From Myxococcota bacterium (GTDB lineage: Bacteria > Myxococcota_A > UBA9160 > JAFDDA01): a stretch of DNA of 64,000 bases. Positions within the stretch are counted from its first letter, which is position 1. Each line of letters opens with the position of its first letter. Below the pieces are notes generated by a model. It did no database searches. It had not been told where the DNA came from and saw only the letters and a program-made list of their open reading frames with translations. The DNA lies in assembly GCA_965228475.1 (NCBI GenBank), contig OZ245817.1, forward strand, positions 4,576,001 to 4,640,000, read 5' to 3'. The translations under genes were made by a program, and so were the position numbers. Below are positions 21,802-32,263 of this stretch, in pieces.

Positions 21802-21839
21802 GCGGGCGCCCGGGGCGGCGCCGGTTCGAGGAGTAGGAG

Positions 21840-22772
21840 ATGAAGGGGATCCGGATCGGAACGGGCGTCGCGGACACCGGGCGCGAAGGCAGCGTCGACG
21901 CACTCGTCGATCAGGTGAAGGCCGTCGAGGCCGCGGGCTTCCAGGCCGCATGGCTCCCGAACATCTTCAACTTCGACGCGCTCACCCTGGCCGCCCTGGC
22001 CGGCCGCGAGACGAGCCGGATCGAGCTCGGCACCGCCGTGGCCGTCACGCACTCGCGCCACCCCTACTACATGGCCCAGCAAGCCGCTTCGACCAACGCG
22101 GCCTGCGGCGGGCGGCTCGTACTCGGCATCGGCCCGAGCCACCAGGTCGTGATCGAGAACATGATGGGCCTCTCCTACGAGAAGCCCGCCCGCCACGTGC
22201 GTGAGTACCTCGAGGTGCTCGGCCCGCTCGTCGAGAAGGGCCAGGTCGGCTTCGAGGGCGAGGTCTACAAGGTGCAGGCGAGCCTCCAGGTCTCGGGTGC
22301 TTCGCCCTTCCCGGTGGTGATCGGCGGCCTCGGCCCGGTGATGCGCAAACTCGCGGGCCGTCTCGCGGGCGGCAGCATCACCTGGATGACCGGGCCGAAG
22401 ACCCTCGGCGAACTGATCGTGCCGGACGTCGTCGCCGCCTCGGAGAAGGCCGGCAAGTCCGCGCCGCGCATCGTCGCCGGTTTCCCCGTCTGCCTGACGA
22501 ACGACGAGGAAGGCGCGCGCAAGCTCGCCGGGAAGCTCTTCGCGACCTACGGAACGCTGCCCTCCTACAAGGCGATGATCGAGCACGAAGGCGCCTCGGG
22601 CCCGGGCGACATCGCCATGGTCGGCGACGAGCAGGCGCTCGAAGCGGGCGTGCAGCGGCTCGTCGACGCGGGCGTGACGGACTGGAACGCCAACGTCTTC
22701 CCCTTCGGCGACGACCGCGCGGCCTCGATGGCGCGCACCACCGAGTTCCTCGCGGATCTCGCAAAGCGCTAG
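21840..22772 (+). CDS. LLM-class, probably F420-dependent oxidoreductase
   Basis: TSRIELGTAV, GRLVLGIGPSH, GGLGPVM; RBS aggag upstream. Confidence 0.85.
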   Translation: MKGIRIGTGVADTGREGSVDALVDQVKAVEAAGFQAAWLPNIFNFDALTLAALAGRETSRIELGTAVAVTHSRHPYYMAQQAASTNAACGGRLVLGIGPSHQVVIENMMGLSYEKPARHVREYLEVLGPLVEKGQVGFEGEVYKVQASLQVSGASPFPVVIGGLGPVMRKLAGRLAGGSITWMTGPKTLGELIVPDVVAASEKAGKSAPRIVAGFPVCLTNDEEGARKLAGKLFATYGTLPSYKAMIEHEGASGPGDIAMVGDEQALEAGVQRLVDAGVTDWNANVFPFGDDRAASMARTTEFLADLAKR

Positions 22773-22782
22773 CGGAGCCTCC

Positions 22783-23952
22783 GTGTCCAAGGACGACGAT
22801 CTCGATTTCGCCACCCGGGCGATCCATGCCGGCCAGGAGCCGGACGAAGCCACGGGCGCCACGGTCGTTCCCGTCTACCAGACGACGACCTATACGCAGG
22901 CCGGTGTCGGCGACCACAAGGGATACGAGTACTCCCGCGGCGACAACCCGACCCGGGCGGCGCTCGAGACCTGCCTCGCCGCCCTCGAGGGCGCGCGCTT
23001 CGGGTTGGCCTACGGCTCGGGCATGGCGGCCATCACCGGGGCGATGCAGATGGTCGGGGCGGGCGACCACGTCGTGGTCGCGGACGATCTCTACGGCGGG
23101 ACGTACCGGCTCTTCACCGAGATCCTGCCGAGCTACGGCGTCGAGTTCACCTGGGTCGACGCGACGCGGCCCGAGGAGGTCGAGAAGGCCTGCCGCCCGG
23201 ACACCAAGGTCGTCTGGATCGAGAGCCCGACGAACCCGATGCTGCGGCTCGTCGACGTGGCGGCGTGCGTGGAGATCGCGCACCGCAACGGTGCGCGCCT
23301 CGTCATCGACAACACCTTCGCGACGCCCTTCCTGCAGCAGCCGCTCTCGCTCGGTGCGGACGTCGTCATCCACTCGACGACGAAGTGGATCTCGGGCCAC
23401 TCGGACGTGCTCGGCGGCGCGCTCCTCACGAGCGACGAAGCGCTGAAGGATCGGCTCTCCTTCGCACGCAACGCGACGGGCGGCATCCCGGGCGCCTTCG
23501 ACTGCTGGCTCACCCTGCGCGGGGCGAAGACGCTGGCCGTCCGCATGCGCGAACACTGCAAGAACGCACGGGCGATCGCGGAGTTCATGCGCGGCCGGCC
23601 GGAGGTCTCGCGCGTCCACTACCCGGGCCTCGCCGACCACCCGGGCCACACGCTGGCCGCCCGGCAGATGGCGGACTTCGGCGCCGTCGTGACCGTGGAT
23701 CTCGCGGGCGACGGCGAGATGGCGCGCCGCTTCGCCGGCGCGACCGAGCTCTTCGCCCTGACCGAAGGGCTCGGCGGCGTCGAATCGCAGATCGGCTACC
23801 CCTGGCACATGAGCCACGGCTCGTTCCCGGCGGAAGAGAAGCTCCGCAAGGGCATCACCGAATCGACCGTGCGCCTCGCCGTCGGCATCGAAGGCGCGGA
23901 CGATCTTTGCGCGGATCTCGGCCGGGCTCTCGAGCGCGCCACACGGGAATGA
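22783..23952 (+). CDS. Cystathionine gamma-synthase/lyase (Cys/Met metabolism PLP enzyme)
   Basis: YEYSRGDNPT, DDLYGGT, ESPTNP, DNTFATP, HSTTKWISGHSD. Confidence 0.92.
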   Translation: MSKDDDLDFATRAIHAGQEPDEATGATVVPVYQTTTYTQAGVGDHKGYEYSRGDNPTRAALETCLAALEGARFGLAYGSGMAAITGAMQMVGAGDHVVVADDLYGGTYRLFTEILPSYGVEFTWVDATRPEEVEKACRPDTKVVWIESPTNPMLRLVDVAACVEIAHRNGARLVIDNTFATPFLQQPLSLGADVVIHSTTKWISGHSDVLGGALLTSDEALKDRLSFARNATGGIPGAFDCWLTLRGAKTLAVRMREHCKNARAIAEFMRGRPEVSRVHYPGLADHPGHTLAARQMADFGAVVTVDLAGDGEMARRFAGATELFALTEGLGGVESQIGYPWHMSHGSFPAEEKLRKGITESTVRLAVGIEGADDLCADLGRALERATRE

Positions 23953-24308
23953 AGCGCGCCGTGCTGCTGGTCGATCACGGCAGCCGCCGTGCCGAGGCGA
24001 ACGATCTCGTCGAGCGCCTCGCCGACGCCCTGCGCGACCGCGTCGACCACGTCGTCCACACGGCGCATCTCGAGATCGTCGAGCCGGACATCGCGGCCGG
24101 AATCGACGCCTGCGTCGCGGACGGCGCTGCGGACATCACCGTCCTCCCGTGCTTCCTCGCGCCGGGCCGCCACACCATCGAGGACGTCCCGGCCCAGGCG
24201 ACGGAGGCCGCCGCCCGACACCGAGGCGTGACCGTCCGCGTGGCCGAACCCATCGGCACCCACCCGATGCTGATCGAGATCCTCCTCGACCGCCTGGAGC
24301 TGCGATAG
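23949..24308 (+). CDS. Short CbiX/SirB-type chelatase
   Basis: LVDHGSRR, FLAPGRH; ATGA overlap. Confidence 0.85.
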   Translation: MKRAVLLVDHGSRRAEANDLVERLADALRDRVDHVVHTAHLEIVEPDIAAGIDACVADGAADITVLPCFLAPGRHTIEDVPAQATEAAARHRGVTVRVAEPIGTHPMLIEILLDRLELR

Positions 24309-24345
24309 ACTCGCGCGGCGTCGTCCCCGAAAAACCCGAGTTCCC

Positions 24346-25548
24346 ATGCGCGTCGAGTTTCGCCTTGGCCTGGTCTGGTTCCTGTACTTCGCCGGCTTCG
24401 GCCTCTATTTCCCGTTCTGGAGCCTCTACCTGACGGAGAACGCCGGGCTCTCCGGCGGCCAGGCCGGGTTCGTGATCGCGGCGCTCTCGCTGATGGGCAT
24501 GCTTTCCCAACCCTTCTGGGGGCAGATCGCCGACCGCACGGGTTCGCGCACGCGCGTCATGGGCATCATCGCCCTCGGCGCGGGCGTCGGGTTCCTTGGC
24601 CTCTTCCTCGCACGCGGCTTCCTCCAGCTCCTGTTCGCGAACGCGCTGTTCGCCGCGTTCCACACCGCGATGATGCCGATGACCGTCGCCGTGAGCCTCG
24701 CCCTCCTGCGCGACCACAGCCACCACACCTTCGGCATCGTGCGGAGCCTCGGCACGATCTCCTTCGTCGTGATGGCCCTGGCCTTCCCGCGCCTGCTCGA
24801 CGCCGCCCAGGCCGACCGCGGCTGGAATGCCGTCCCGGGCGGCCCCTCGGAACCGGGGCTCGAATGGATGTTCCCCGTCTCGGCGGCCTTCGCCCTGCTC
24901 GCCGCCCTCGCCACGCTCACGCTCCCGCGCACCGGCGCCGTCTCCATGCAGGCGGCGCGCGGCGATTGGCGTGCCCTGCTTCGGCACGGCCCCTACGTCC
25001 GGCTCGCCCTCTTCTCGATCGCGGCCTACTTCTTCACGCACGCGCCGATGCTCTTCTTCCCGAGCCTGGTCACGGCGAGCGGCGGCACGCTCGAGACCGT
25101 GAGCAACATGTGGCTCCCGATGGTCGCGCTCGAGATTCCGGGCCTGATGCTCTCGGGCGTCCTCTTCCAGCGCTTCGGCCCGCGCGGCCTGATGGCGATC
25201 GGCCTCTTTGCGGTGGCCCTGCGCTGGACGCTCTCCGGCTTCGCACCGAGCCTCCCGCTCCTCTACGCGACGTCCTTCCTGCACGGCGTCACGGTGGCGG
25301 GGCTGATGATGGGGACGCCGCTCTACATCGAAGCCGCGGTCCCCGAGCGCCTGCGCGCCACGGGACAGGGCCTCATCGCCGCCTGCGTGCACTTCGGCGC
25401 GATGATGTCCTCCCTCGTCGCCGGGCAGCTGATCGACGCCTTCGACATCGAGATGCCGTACAAGGTCGGAGGTCTCGCCTCCTTCGCGCTGCTGCTGCTG
25501 ATGCCGTGGATCCTGCCGCCGCCGCACCGGCCGGAGGGCGAGAGCTAG
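24346..25548 (+). CDS. MFS transporter
   Basis: About 12 TM; WGQIADRTGSR motif A; RATGQG. Confidence 0.88.
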   Translation: MRVEFRLGLVWFLYFAGFGLYFPFWSLYLTENAGLSGGQAGFVIAALSLMGMLSQPFWGQIADRTGSRTRVMGIIALGAGVGFLGLFLARGFLQLLFANALFAAFHTAMMPMTVAVSLALLRDHSHHTFGIVRSLGTISFVVMALAFPRLLDAAQADRGWNAVPGGPSEPGLEWMFPVSAAFALLAALATLTLPRTGAVSMQAARGDWRALLRHGPYVRLALFSIAAYFFTHAPMLFFPSLVTASGGTLETVSNMWLPMVALEIPGLMLSGVLFQRFGPRGLMAIGLFAVALRWTLSGFAPSLPLLYATSFLHGVTVAGLMMGTPLYIEAAVPERLRATGQGLIAACVHFGAMMSSLVAGQLIDAFDIEMPYKVGGLASFALLLLMPWILPPPHRPEGES

Positions 25549-26792
25549 CCGGCGCTGGCCGCACGCCCCGTCAGGAAGAACGTCTCGATGGCGTCGCGCC
25601 CACGGAGCTCCGTCTCGCCCCGCGCCTCGAAGGCATAGGCATCACCGAGCGCACGCCGGGCGTCGCTCGAGACGTGCACGCGGGAAGGCTGCCCGCTCGC
25701 CTCGAGGCGGCTCGCGACGTTCACCGTGTCTCCCCAGAGGTCGTAGGCGAACTTCTTGCGGCCGATCACGCCGGCCACGATCGGCCCGCAGTGCAGGCCG
25801 ATCCGCACCTCGACGCCGAGCTCCCGCTTGGCCCGGAGCTTCTCGACCTCCTCGAGCATGTCGAGCGCCATCTCGGCCGCGGCCTCGGCGTGGTCCGTGC
25901 GCGGGCGCGGGATCCCGCTCGCCACCATGTAGGCGTCGCCGATGGTCTTGATCTTCTCGACCCCGTGCCGCTCGGCCAGCGCGTCGAAGACGGAGAAGAT
26001 CTCGTTCAGGAGCGAGACGACCTCCGCCGGGTCGCGGTCCGCGGAGAAGCGGGTGAAGCCGACGAGGTCCGCGAAAACGACGGTCACTTCCTCAAAGCCA
26101 TCGGCGAGGGGGTTCACGCCGGCCTTCAGGCGCTCCGCCACGGGCTCGGGGAGGACGTTCAGGAGCAGCGCTTCGGAACGCTCCTGCTCCTCGCGAAGGG
26201 CCTCCTGGGCCTGGGCGACGAGCCGGCTGTTCCAGATGAGCGCGCCGGTGACGAGCCCCGACGTCAAGAGCAGGATCAACCCACGCGCGAGTGGAACGAA
26301 GCCCGGGTCGAGCTCGACCACGGGCTTTCGCCCTGCGACCCCGGCGTACATCGCACCGATCGACGCCACGCCGAAACCGAGCGCGAGCAGCATCCAGGGC
26401 CGCTCCGTTCGGGCGAAGAGCAGGACCCCTGCCATCAGCGGCACGAGCGCGAGGAACGGCGCGCCCGCTTCGATCCCGATCAGGCGGCCGAAGGTCAGGA
26501 CCTGCACGGAAGCCACGCCGACGAGCGCGAGCCTCCCGCCGAGAAAGTGGCCGCGCAGGATCATCAACAGGCCCGCGAGGTAGAGCGCGCCGAAGATCAG
26601 CGGAAGAAACCGCCAGGCGCCGGGGAGCGTTTGGGTCGCGAGCATCGGCGCGAGGACGAAGGCGTTGAACGTCGCGTAGAGGCTCACGACGAGGGCGACC
26701 CCGCCCACCCAATAGGCGAGGCGTACGGGGCGGACCTTCTCCGGCTCGGCGGGGACCGGGAGATTCCGCAGGCTCATGCGCCGCCCGCTCAC
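25545..26792 (-). CDS. Membrane-anchored class III adenylate/guanylate cyclase
   Basis: Multi-TM N-terminus; FADLVGFT, EKIKTIGDAYM, YDLWGDTVNVASR (K/D pair consistent with ATP specificity). Confidence 0.92.
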   Translation of the reverse strand: MSGRRMSLRNLPVPAEPEKVRPVRLAYWVGGVALVVSLYATFNAFVLAPMLATQTLPGAWRFLPLIFGALYLAGLLMILRGHFLGGRLALVGVASVQVLTFGRLIGIEAGAPFLALVPLMAGVLLFARTERPWMLLALGFGVASIGAMYAGVAGRKPVVELDPGFVPLARGLILLLTSGLVTGALIWNSRLVAQAQEALREEQERSEALLLNVLPEPVAERLKAGVNPLADGFEEVTVVFADLVGFTRFSADRDPAEVVSLLNEIFSVFDALAERHGVEKIKTIGDAYMVASGIPRPRTDHAEAAAEMALDMLEEVEKLRAKRELGVEVRIGLHCGPIVAGVIGRKKFAYDLWGDTVNVASRLEASGQPSRVHVSSDARRALGDAYAFEARGETELRGRDAIETFFLTGRAASAG

Positions 26793-27511
26793 TTCCGCTT
26801 CTCGAATTCTCGGCGCTCGCGCTCCCAGGACGGCGGGAGCTTCTCGCGGAACTGGCGACGCATGGAAGAGCTGTGCGGCGGCCCGTCTCCCCAGTAGGCG
26901 GCATCCTCGGAGCGGATCGGGTCCTCACCCGCGGCAACCATCTCCAGATACGGAAGGTCGTCGTAGCCCCAGAAGAGTTCGCCTTCGAGTTCGAGCATCG
27001 GTACGCCGAAGACGCCGCGCTCGATGGCATCGTCGGTGTTCCCGCGGAGGCGGAGCTTGATCTCGGGCGCCGTGGCGCGCTCGGCGATCGTGTCCGCATC
27101 GGTGACGCCGGCCTCCCGGGCGACCTCCACCACGACGGCGGGGTCGGAGACGTCGCGCTGCTCGCTCCACGTCGCGGCGAAGAGAGCCCCGATCAGGCGC
27201 TCCCGCTCGGCCGGGTCGAGCTCGAGGCAGGAGGCGCGCAGCGGAAGGAGCGGGTTGAAGGGGTGCGTGTTCGGAGGGCGGAGCGGAACGCCGAGCAGCG
27301 CCGCCTTGCGCAGCGTGTTCCGGACCATCCAGCGCGCCTTCGGGCGGATCTCCGCCGGGCCGAGCTGGCCGTTCGCTTCGAGCAGACCTGCGAACAGCAC
27401 GGGCACCGGCTCCACCTCGAACGCGTACTTCTCGGCCAGCTCCGGGAGGCGGAGCCACGCGAGGTACGCGTTCGAGGAGATGTAGTCGAGGTAGAAGCGG
27501 AGCGTCCTCAC
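26789..27511 (-). CDS. DsbA/HCCA isomerase (GST-kappa) family protein
   Basis: FYLDYISSNAYL, HPFNPL, GVFGVP, LFWGYD. Confidence 0.88.
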   Translation of the reverse strand: MRTLRFYLDYISSNAYLAWLRLPELAEKYAFEVEPVPVLFAGLLEANGQLGPAEIRPKARWMVRNTLRKAALLGVPLRPPNTHPFNPLLPLRASCLELDPAERERLIGALFAATWSEQRDVSDPAVVVEVAREAGVTDADTIAERATAPEIKLRLRGNTDDAIERGVFGVPMLELEGELFWGYDDLPYLEMVAAGEDPIRSEDAAYWGDGPPHSSSMRRQFREKLPPSWERERREFEKRK

Positions 27512-29181
27512 GAGCGCTCCGCCTGCGCCTTGCGGGCACTGGCGCGGATGTAGCGGCGCGAGATCGGCGAGATGTCGTCCTTGGGCACGACGCACTCGAC
27601 GAGGGCGAAGCGGCGCTGGGCGTGGGCGGCGCGCAGGGCCTCGCGCAGCTCGACGGGGTTCGTCGCGCGGAAGCCGACGCCGCCCCACTCCTGGGCCAGC
27701 TCCGCGTAGGGCCAGTTCGGGATCTCGAGCAGATCCTGGCGCGGCGAGACCGGGCGGAAGATTCCCCAGCCCGCGTTGTTCACCAGCACGACGATCGGCG
27801 AGAGCCCGCGCCTGGGCGCGTGGGAGATCTCCATCCCCGTCATCTGGAAGGCGCCGTCGCCCGAGAGCACGAGCGGCCGGCGCCCCGTGCCGATCTGCGC
27901 GCCCATCGCCGCGGGCACGCCGAAGCCCATGGAAGCGTAGTAGCCCTGAGCGAAGTAGAGGCCGCCCGCCGGGATGCGCACCTCGAGGCCACCGAAGAGC
28001 ATGTCGCCGGACTCGGCGAAGACGTCGTAGCTGCGCGGCGCCTCGGCGAGGAAGTCGTTCACCTCGACGAGCAGATCGTTGATGGAGAGCTCCGAGGGCG
28101 TGCGCGCGCCGGCCTTCCTCCGCTTCAGGTTGTCGTGGTAGACCACGCGCTCCTTGAAGCGCGGCAGCTTCTCACGCCCAAGCGCGCGCACGAAGTCGCC
28201 GAGCGTGACGTCCGTGTACTGATGGAAGGAGACGTTCACGCGGTTGCCGACAGCCCAGACGGAGTTCTCGCGCTTCACCTGAGGCTTGGTCGCGCCAAGG
28301 TTCATGTCCGTGAGCTGGTTTCCGAGCGAGAGCACGAGGTCCGCATCGCGCACGCGCTTCTCGATCGGCTTCGGGCTGAAGGGGCCGATGTGGATGCCCA
28401 TGTGGAGCGGGTGATCCATCGGGAAGACGCCCTTGGCGAGCACCGTCGTCACCACCGGCGCGCCGATCTTCTCGGCGAGCTTGCGGAAATCCTTCTCGCA
28501 GCGCTCGCGGAAGAGCTCGACGCCGCCGAAGAGGACCGGCCGTTTCGCCGCGCGCAGCCGCTCGACGGCCTCGGCCACCGCCTCGCGCAGCTTGCGCGGG
28601 TCCGAGCGCGTGGGCGGGAACTTCCCGTCCCAATCGCGGATCTCCTTCGGCACCGGGATCTCCATCCCGACGAGGTCGCGATGGATTTCGAGGTACCCGG
28701 GCCGGAGCTCGGTCTGGATCCGCCCGACCAGCTCGTGGATCTCGAGGGCCGCGCGTTCGGGGTGCTCGAGGATCCGCGCGTCGCAGCAGATCTCGCGGAA
28801 GATGTTGCACTGGCCCTCGATGCTCTTGGCCTGGTGGTGGACACCGCCGATCTGGGTCTCGGCCTCGCCCGGCCCGCCGGAGACCACGAGCAGCGGCACC
28901 TGCTCGGCATAGGCCCCGGCCACCGGGTTCACCACGTTGTGGCCCCCGGCGCCGTAGGTCACACAGACCACGCCGAGGCGCCGGGTGCTGCGCGCGTAGC
29001 CGTCGGCGGCGAAGCCCACGGCGGGCTCGTGGGAGAAGGTCACGATCTCGAGCCCGCGGTCGCGGCCGAAGCGGTGGAAGAGGCTGAGCACCAGATCGCC
29101 GGGGAGCCCGAAGATGTGGGTCACGTCCATCCGGTTCAGGTAGGCGACGAGGAAGTCGCCGAGGGCCATGCGCGGCTTCAT
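27508..29181 (-). CDS. ThDP-dependent alpha-keto acid decarboxylase (indole-/phenylpyruvate decarboxylase-like)
   Basis: FGLPGD, HEPAVGFAADGYAR, HH pair, GDGAFQMT...NN ThDP motif. Confidence 0.88.
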   Translation of the reverse strand: MKPRMALGDFLVAYLNRMDVTHIFGLPGDLVLSLFHRFGRDRGLEIVTFSHEPAVGFAADGYARSTRRLGVVCVTYGAGGHNVVNPVAGAYAEQVPLLVVSGGPGEAETQIGGVHHQAKSIEGQCNIFREICCDARILEHPERAALEIHELVGRIQTELRPGYLEIHRDLVGMEIPVPKEIRDWDGKFPPTRSDPRKLREAVAEAVERLRAAKRPVLFGGVELFRERCEKDFRKLAEKIGAPVVTTVLAKGVFPMDHPLHMGIHIGPFSPKPIEKRVRDADLVLSLGNQLTDMNLGATKPQVKRENSVWAVGNRVNVSFHQYTDVTLGDFVRALGREKLPRFKERVVYHDNLKRRKAGARTPSELSINDLLVEVNDFLAEAPRSYDVFAESGDMLFGGLEVRIPAGGLYFAQGYYASMGFGVPAAMGAQIGTGRRPLVLSGDGAFQMTGMEISHAPRRGLSPIVVLVNNAGWGIFRPVSPRQDLLEIPNWPYAELAQEWGGVGFRATNPVELREALRAAHAQRRFALVECVVPKDDISPISRRYIRASARKAQAERS

Positions 29182-29212
29182 CGTCGAGAGGCCGCGCCGG
29201 GCCTTCGCCGCC

Positions 29213-29776
29213 CTACGAGCCGCCATCCGCGCCTCCGAGCATGCGCCAGCGGAAGAGCGCCGCGATCACCAGCGCGTGGTGGATCTCGCCGGCCTCGATC
29301 CGACGCTCGATCTCGGCTCCGGGGACCAGCTCGACGTGGGTCTCCTCGGTCGATTCGTTGCGGATCTCGGCGACCTTCTCGCAGGCCGGCGCCACGAACT
29401 GGAAGCAGCGGTTGTCGAAGAGCGCCGGGTTCGGGTTCACCGAGCCGATCGGGATGAGCGGTGCCCCGGCCCGGTAGCCCGTCTCCTCGAGGAGCTCCCG
29501 GGCGCCGGCCACCACCGGCTTCTCGCCCGGGTCGACCATCCCGCCCGGGATTTCGAGGGTCACTTCCTGGCAGCCGTGACGGTACTGCCGCACCATGACG
29601 ACCCGGCCGTCGCCCGTCACCGGGACGACGTTCACCCAGTCGTCCGCCTGGATCTGGTAGAAGGGATGGACGTCGCCGGTGCGCGGAGAGCGCGCCTGTG
29701 TCCTGGCCACACGAAAGACGGCGCAATCGTGCAGGGGTTCGGTCTCGACCACCGACCACGGTCGCGGAGACGACAT
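29213..29776 (-). CDS. NUDIX hydrolase (ADP-ribose pyrophosphatase-like)
   Basis: QYRHG, LEIPGG..GE....GARELLEETGY. Confidence 0.9.
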   Translation of the reverse strand: MSSPRPWSVVETEPLHDCAVFRVARTQARSPRTGDVHPFYQIQADDWVNVVPVTGDGRVVMVRQYRHGCQEVTLEIPGGMVDPGEKPVVAGARELLEETGYRAGAPLIPIGSVNPNPALFDNRCFQFVAPACEKVAEIRNESTEETHVELVPGAEIERRIEAGEIHHALVIAALFRWRMLGGADGGS

Positions 29777-29780
29777 CGCA

Positions 29781-31841
29781 ATGGAAGCTAGCATCCCCGC
29801 GGCACAGCGCGGCCACTCCCGCCGGAACTTGTTCATGGTGGTGGTGGCGATCGCGTGCGGCGTGGCCGGTGCCTTCGGCGCGGTCTTCTTCCGCTACCTG
29901 ATCGAGTTCTTCCAGTCGGGCTTCTACGGCGGGCTCGCGGGCTTCGCCTCCTTCTTCGCCGGCGAGGCACCCCACGCCGACGACCTGGTCGAGATCGCGC
30001 GCGCGCTGCCCTGGTACTGGGTCCTGCTCGCGCCGGCGGCCGGCGGCGCGCTCGTCGGACCGCTGGTCTGGTTCTACGCGCGGGAAGCGAAGGGCCACGG
30101 CGTGCCGGAGGTGATGCAGGCCGTCGCCCTGAACGGCGGCGTGATCCGCCCGCGTGTCGTCGTCGTGAAGACCCTGGCCTCGGCGCTCTCGATCGGCTCG
30201 GGCGGTTCGGTCGGCCGCGAAGGCCCGATCGTGCAGATCGGCTCGGCGGTGGGCTCGGTGATCGGCCAGTTCCTGCGGCTCCCGCCGAGCGAGCTGCGCG
30301 TCATTGTCGCCTGCGGCGCGGCGGCGGGCATCGCCGCCACCTTCAACGCGCCGATCGCCGGGGCGCTGTTCGCCGTGGAAGTCATCCTCGCGGACTTCGG
30401 CGCGGTCATGTTCACGCCGATCGTCATCTCCTCCGTCGTGGCGACGGTCATCTCACGCAGCATCCTCGGCGACGTCCCCGCCTTCGAGGTGCCCCAGTAC
30501 GAACTCGTGAGCGGCTGGGAGCTCTTCCCCTTCGCGCTGGTCGGCGTCGCCGCCGGGATCGCGGGGCTCCTCTTCCAGTTCTCGCTCTACAAGACCGAGG
30601 ATCTCTTCGAGCGCATCCCGCTCCCGCCGTGGTTGAAGGCCGCGCTCGGCGGTTTGCTCGTCGGCGGCATGGGCGCCATGGGTCTGCCCCACGTCTTCGG
30701 CGTCGGCTACGGCTCGATCACCGCAGCCATGACGGACCAGCTCCCGCTGCTGACGCTCGTCGGCCTGCTGTTCGCGAAGATCATCTCGACCGCCATCACC
30801 GTCGGCTCGGGCGGCTCGGGCGGCATCTTCGCTCCATCCTTGTTCATGGGAGCGATGCTCGGCGGCGCGCTCGGCAGCGTGATCCACGCCTGGTTCCCGG
30901 AGTCCACCGCGACCGGCGGCTCCTACGCGCTCGTCACCATGGGCGGCTTCGTCGCGGCGACCACCCACGCGCCGATCACCGCGATCATCATGATCTTCGA
31001 ACTCACGAGCAACTACACCATCATCCCGGCGCTCATGGCGACCTGCGTGGTGGCGATGCTCGTGACGAGCCTCTTCTCGCGCGATTCCATCTACACCGCG
31101 AAGCTCCGCCGCCGCGGCGTGAACCTCGACGCCGAGCAGGACCCGAACGTCCTGCGCGGCCGATCCGTCGCCGAAGTCGCGGACCGTGAGCCCGAACGCC
31201 TGCGCGCCTCCGCCAACCTGCAGGTGGTGGTCGACCGCATCGTCCAGAGCGACCACACGGAAATCTTCGTCGTCAACGAACGCGACGAGCTGCTCGGCAC
31301 CATCTACCTGAGAGAACTCCGCCGCGTCCTCCCCGAGATCAACGAGCTCCGCGACGTCGTCGTCGCCGAGGACCTACTGGTCGGCGAAGTCCCCTACGTC
31401 ACCGAAGACGACGACCTCGCCCAGGTCATGCGCATCTTCAGCCAGGACACCTACGAAGAGATCCCCATCCTGGACGACGAAGCGCGGCTGATCGGCAGCG
31501 TCCACAAACGCGACGTCATCAACATCTACAACCAGGGCGTCCTCGAGCGGGACCTCGCCGGCGGCGTCTCCCACTCCTTCAGCGTCCTCAGCAAGGTGAA
31601 GTCCGTCGAGCTCGGCGGCGGCTTCATCCTCCAGGAGATGCAGGCCCCGCCCTCGTTCTTCGGGAGGACGCTCGCGTCGCTCGACGTGGCGCGGAGAAGC
31701 GGCGTGCAGGTGATCCTGCTCCGGCGCCACGGCGAGAGCGCCCCGCGCCTCCCGAAGGCCGCCGACCCGATCGAGGCGGGAGATCGCCTGGTCGTCGCGG
31801 GCACGGTCGAGAGCGTCGAGAAGCTGCACACGCTCCGATAG
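29781..31841 (+). CDS. ClC chloride channel/H+ antiporter with CBS pair and C-terminal RCK_C (TrkA-C) domain; start may be 29835
   Basis: GHGVPE, GREGP, FNAPIAG, GGIFAP, SIYT; CBS-like repeats; GRTLASLDV...GDRLVVAG. Confidence 0.92.
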   Translation: MEASIPAAQRGHSRRNLFMVVVAIACGVAGAFGAVFFRYLIEFFQSGFYGGLAGFASFFAGEAPHADDLVEIARALPWYWVLLAPAAGGALVGPLVWFYAREAKGHGVPEVMQAVALNGGVIRPRVVVVKTLASALSIGSGGSVGREGPIVQIGSAVGSVIGQFLRLPPSELRVIVACGAAAGIAATFNAPIAGALFAVEVILADFGAVMFTPIVISSVVATVISRSILGDVPAFEVPQYELVSGWELFPFALVGVAAGIAGLLFQFSLYKTEDLFERIPLPPWLKAALGGLLVGGMGAMGLPHVFGVGYGSITAAMTDQLPLLTLVGLLFAKIISTAITVGSGGSGGIFAPSLFMGAMLGGALGSVIHAWFPESTATGGSYALVTMGGFVAATTHAPITAIIMIFELTSNYTIIPALMATCVVAMLVTSLFSRDSIYTAKLRRRGVNLDAEQDPNVLRGRSVAEVADREPERLRASANLQVVVDRIVQSDHTEIFVVNERDELLGTIYLRELRRVLPEINELRDVVVAEDLLVGEVPYVTEDDDLAQVMRIFSQDTYEEIPILDDEARLIGSVHKRDVINIYNQGVLERDLAGGVSHSFSVLSKVKSVELGGGFILQEMQAPPSFFGRTLASLDVARRSGVQVILLRRHGESAPRLPKAADPIEAGDRLVVAGTVESVEKLHTLR

Positions 31842-32213
31842 CTAGGACCCCACCGCGAAAGCGTTCAGCTTGTTGCCATCCAGGTCTCGGAAGTAGGCGG
31901 CGTAGAAGAATCCGTCCCGATCCCCCGGAGGGCCTTCGTCGCTGCCTCCGAGTTCCAACGCCTTCGCGTAGAGCGCATCGACCTCGTCGTTCGACTCGAG
32001 ACGCAGGGCGATCATGATCCCGTTGCCCACGGTTTGAGGGTTCCCATCGTGGGGCCGGACGACGGCGATGCACGGCTCGTCGAGGGATTTTCCGAAGAGA
32101 ATGAACCCGTCGATCTCCATCAAGCGCTTGGCGCCGAGCGAGCCGAGCAGGGAGTCATAGAAGGCGACGCTCTTCTCGAGATCCTTCGCGCCCACGGTCA
32201 CATATCCGATCAC
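31842..32213 (-). CDS. VOC/glyoxalase family protein
   Basis: MIGYVTVG, GGSDEGPPG, AAYFRDLDGNK. Confidence 0.9.
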   Translation of the reverse strand: MIGYVTVGAKDLEKSVAFYDSLLGSLGAKRLMEIDGFILFGKSLDEPCIAVVRPHDGNPQTVGNGIMIALRLESNDEVDALYAKALELGGSDEGPPGDRDGFFYAAYFRDLDGNKLNAFAVGS

Positions 32214-32263
32214 TTCGATCCCTCCCGGGCCGCCTGGCCCAAGAACGAAGTCTATCAGGCTCT

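Noticed and set aside
16960..21951. 1663-aa ORF and other very long Arg/Pro/Gly-rich ORFs (e.g. 11717-14944, 18171-21290, 52593-55778, 56425-59463)
   Set aside because: Shadow frames of high-GC genes; where real, only the 3' part carries family motifs (e.g. the OYE from 18405)
29776..29781. Divergent genes separated by only 4 bp
   Set aside because: Probably an artefact of start choice; the ClC gene can start at 29829/29835
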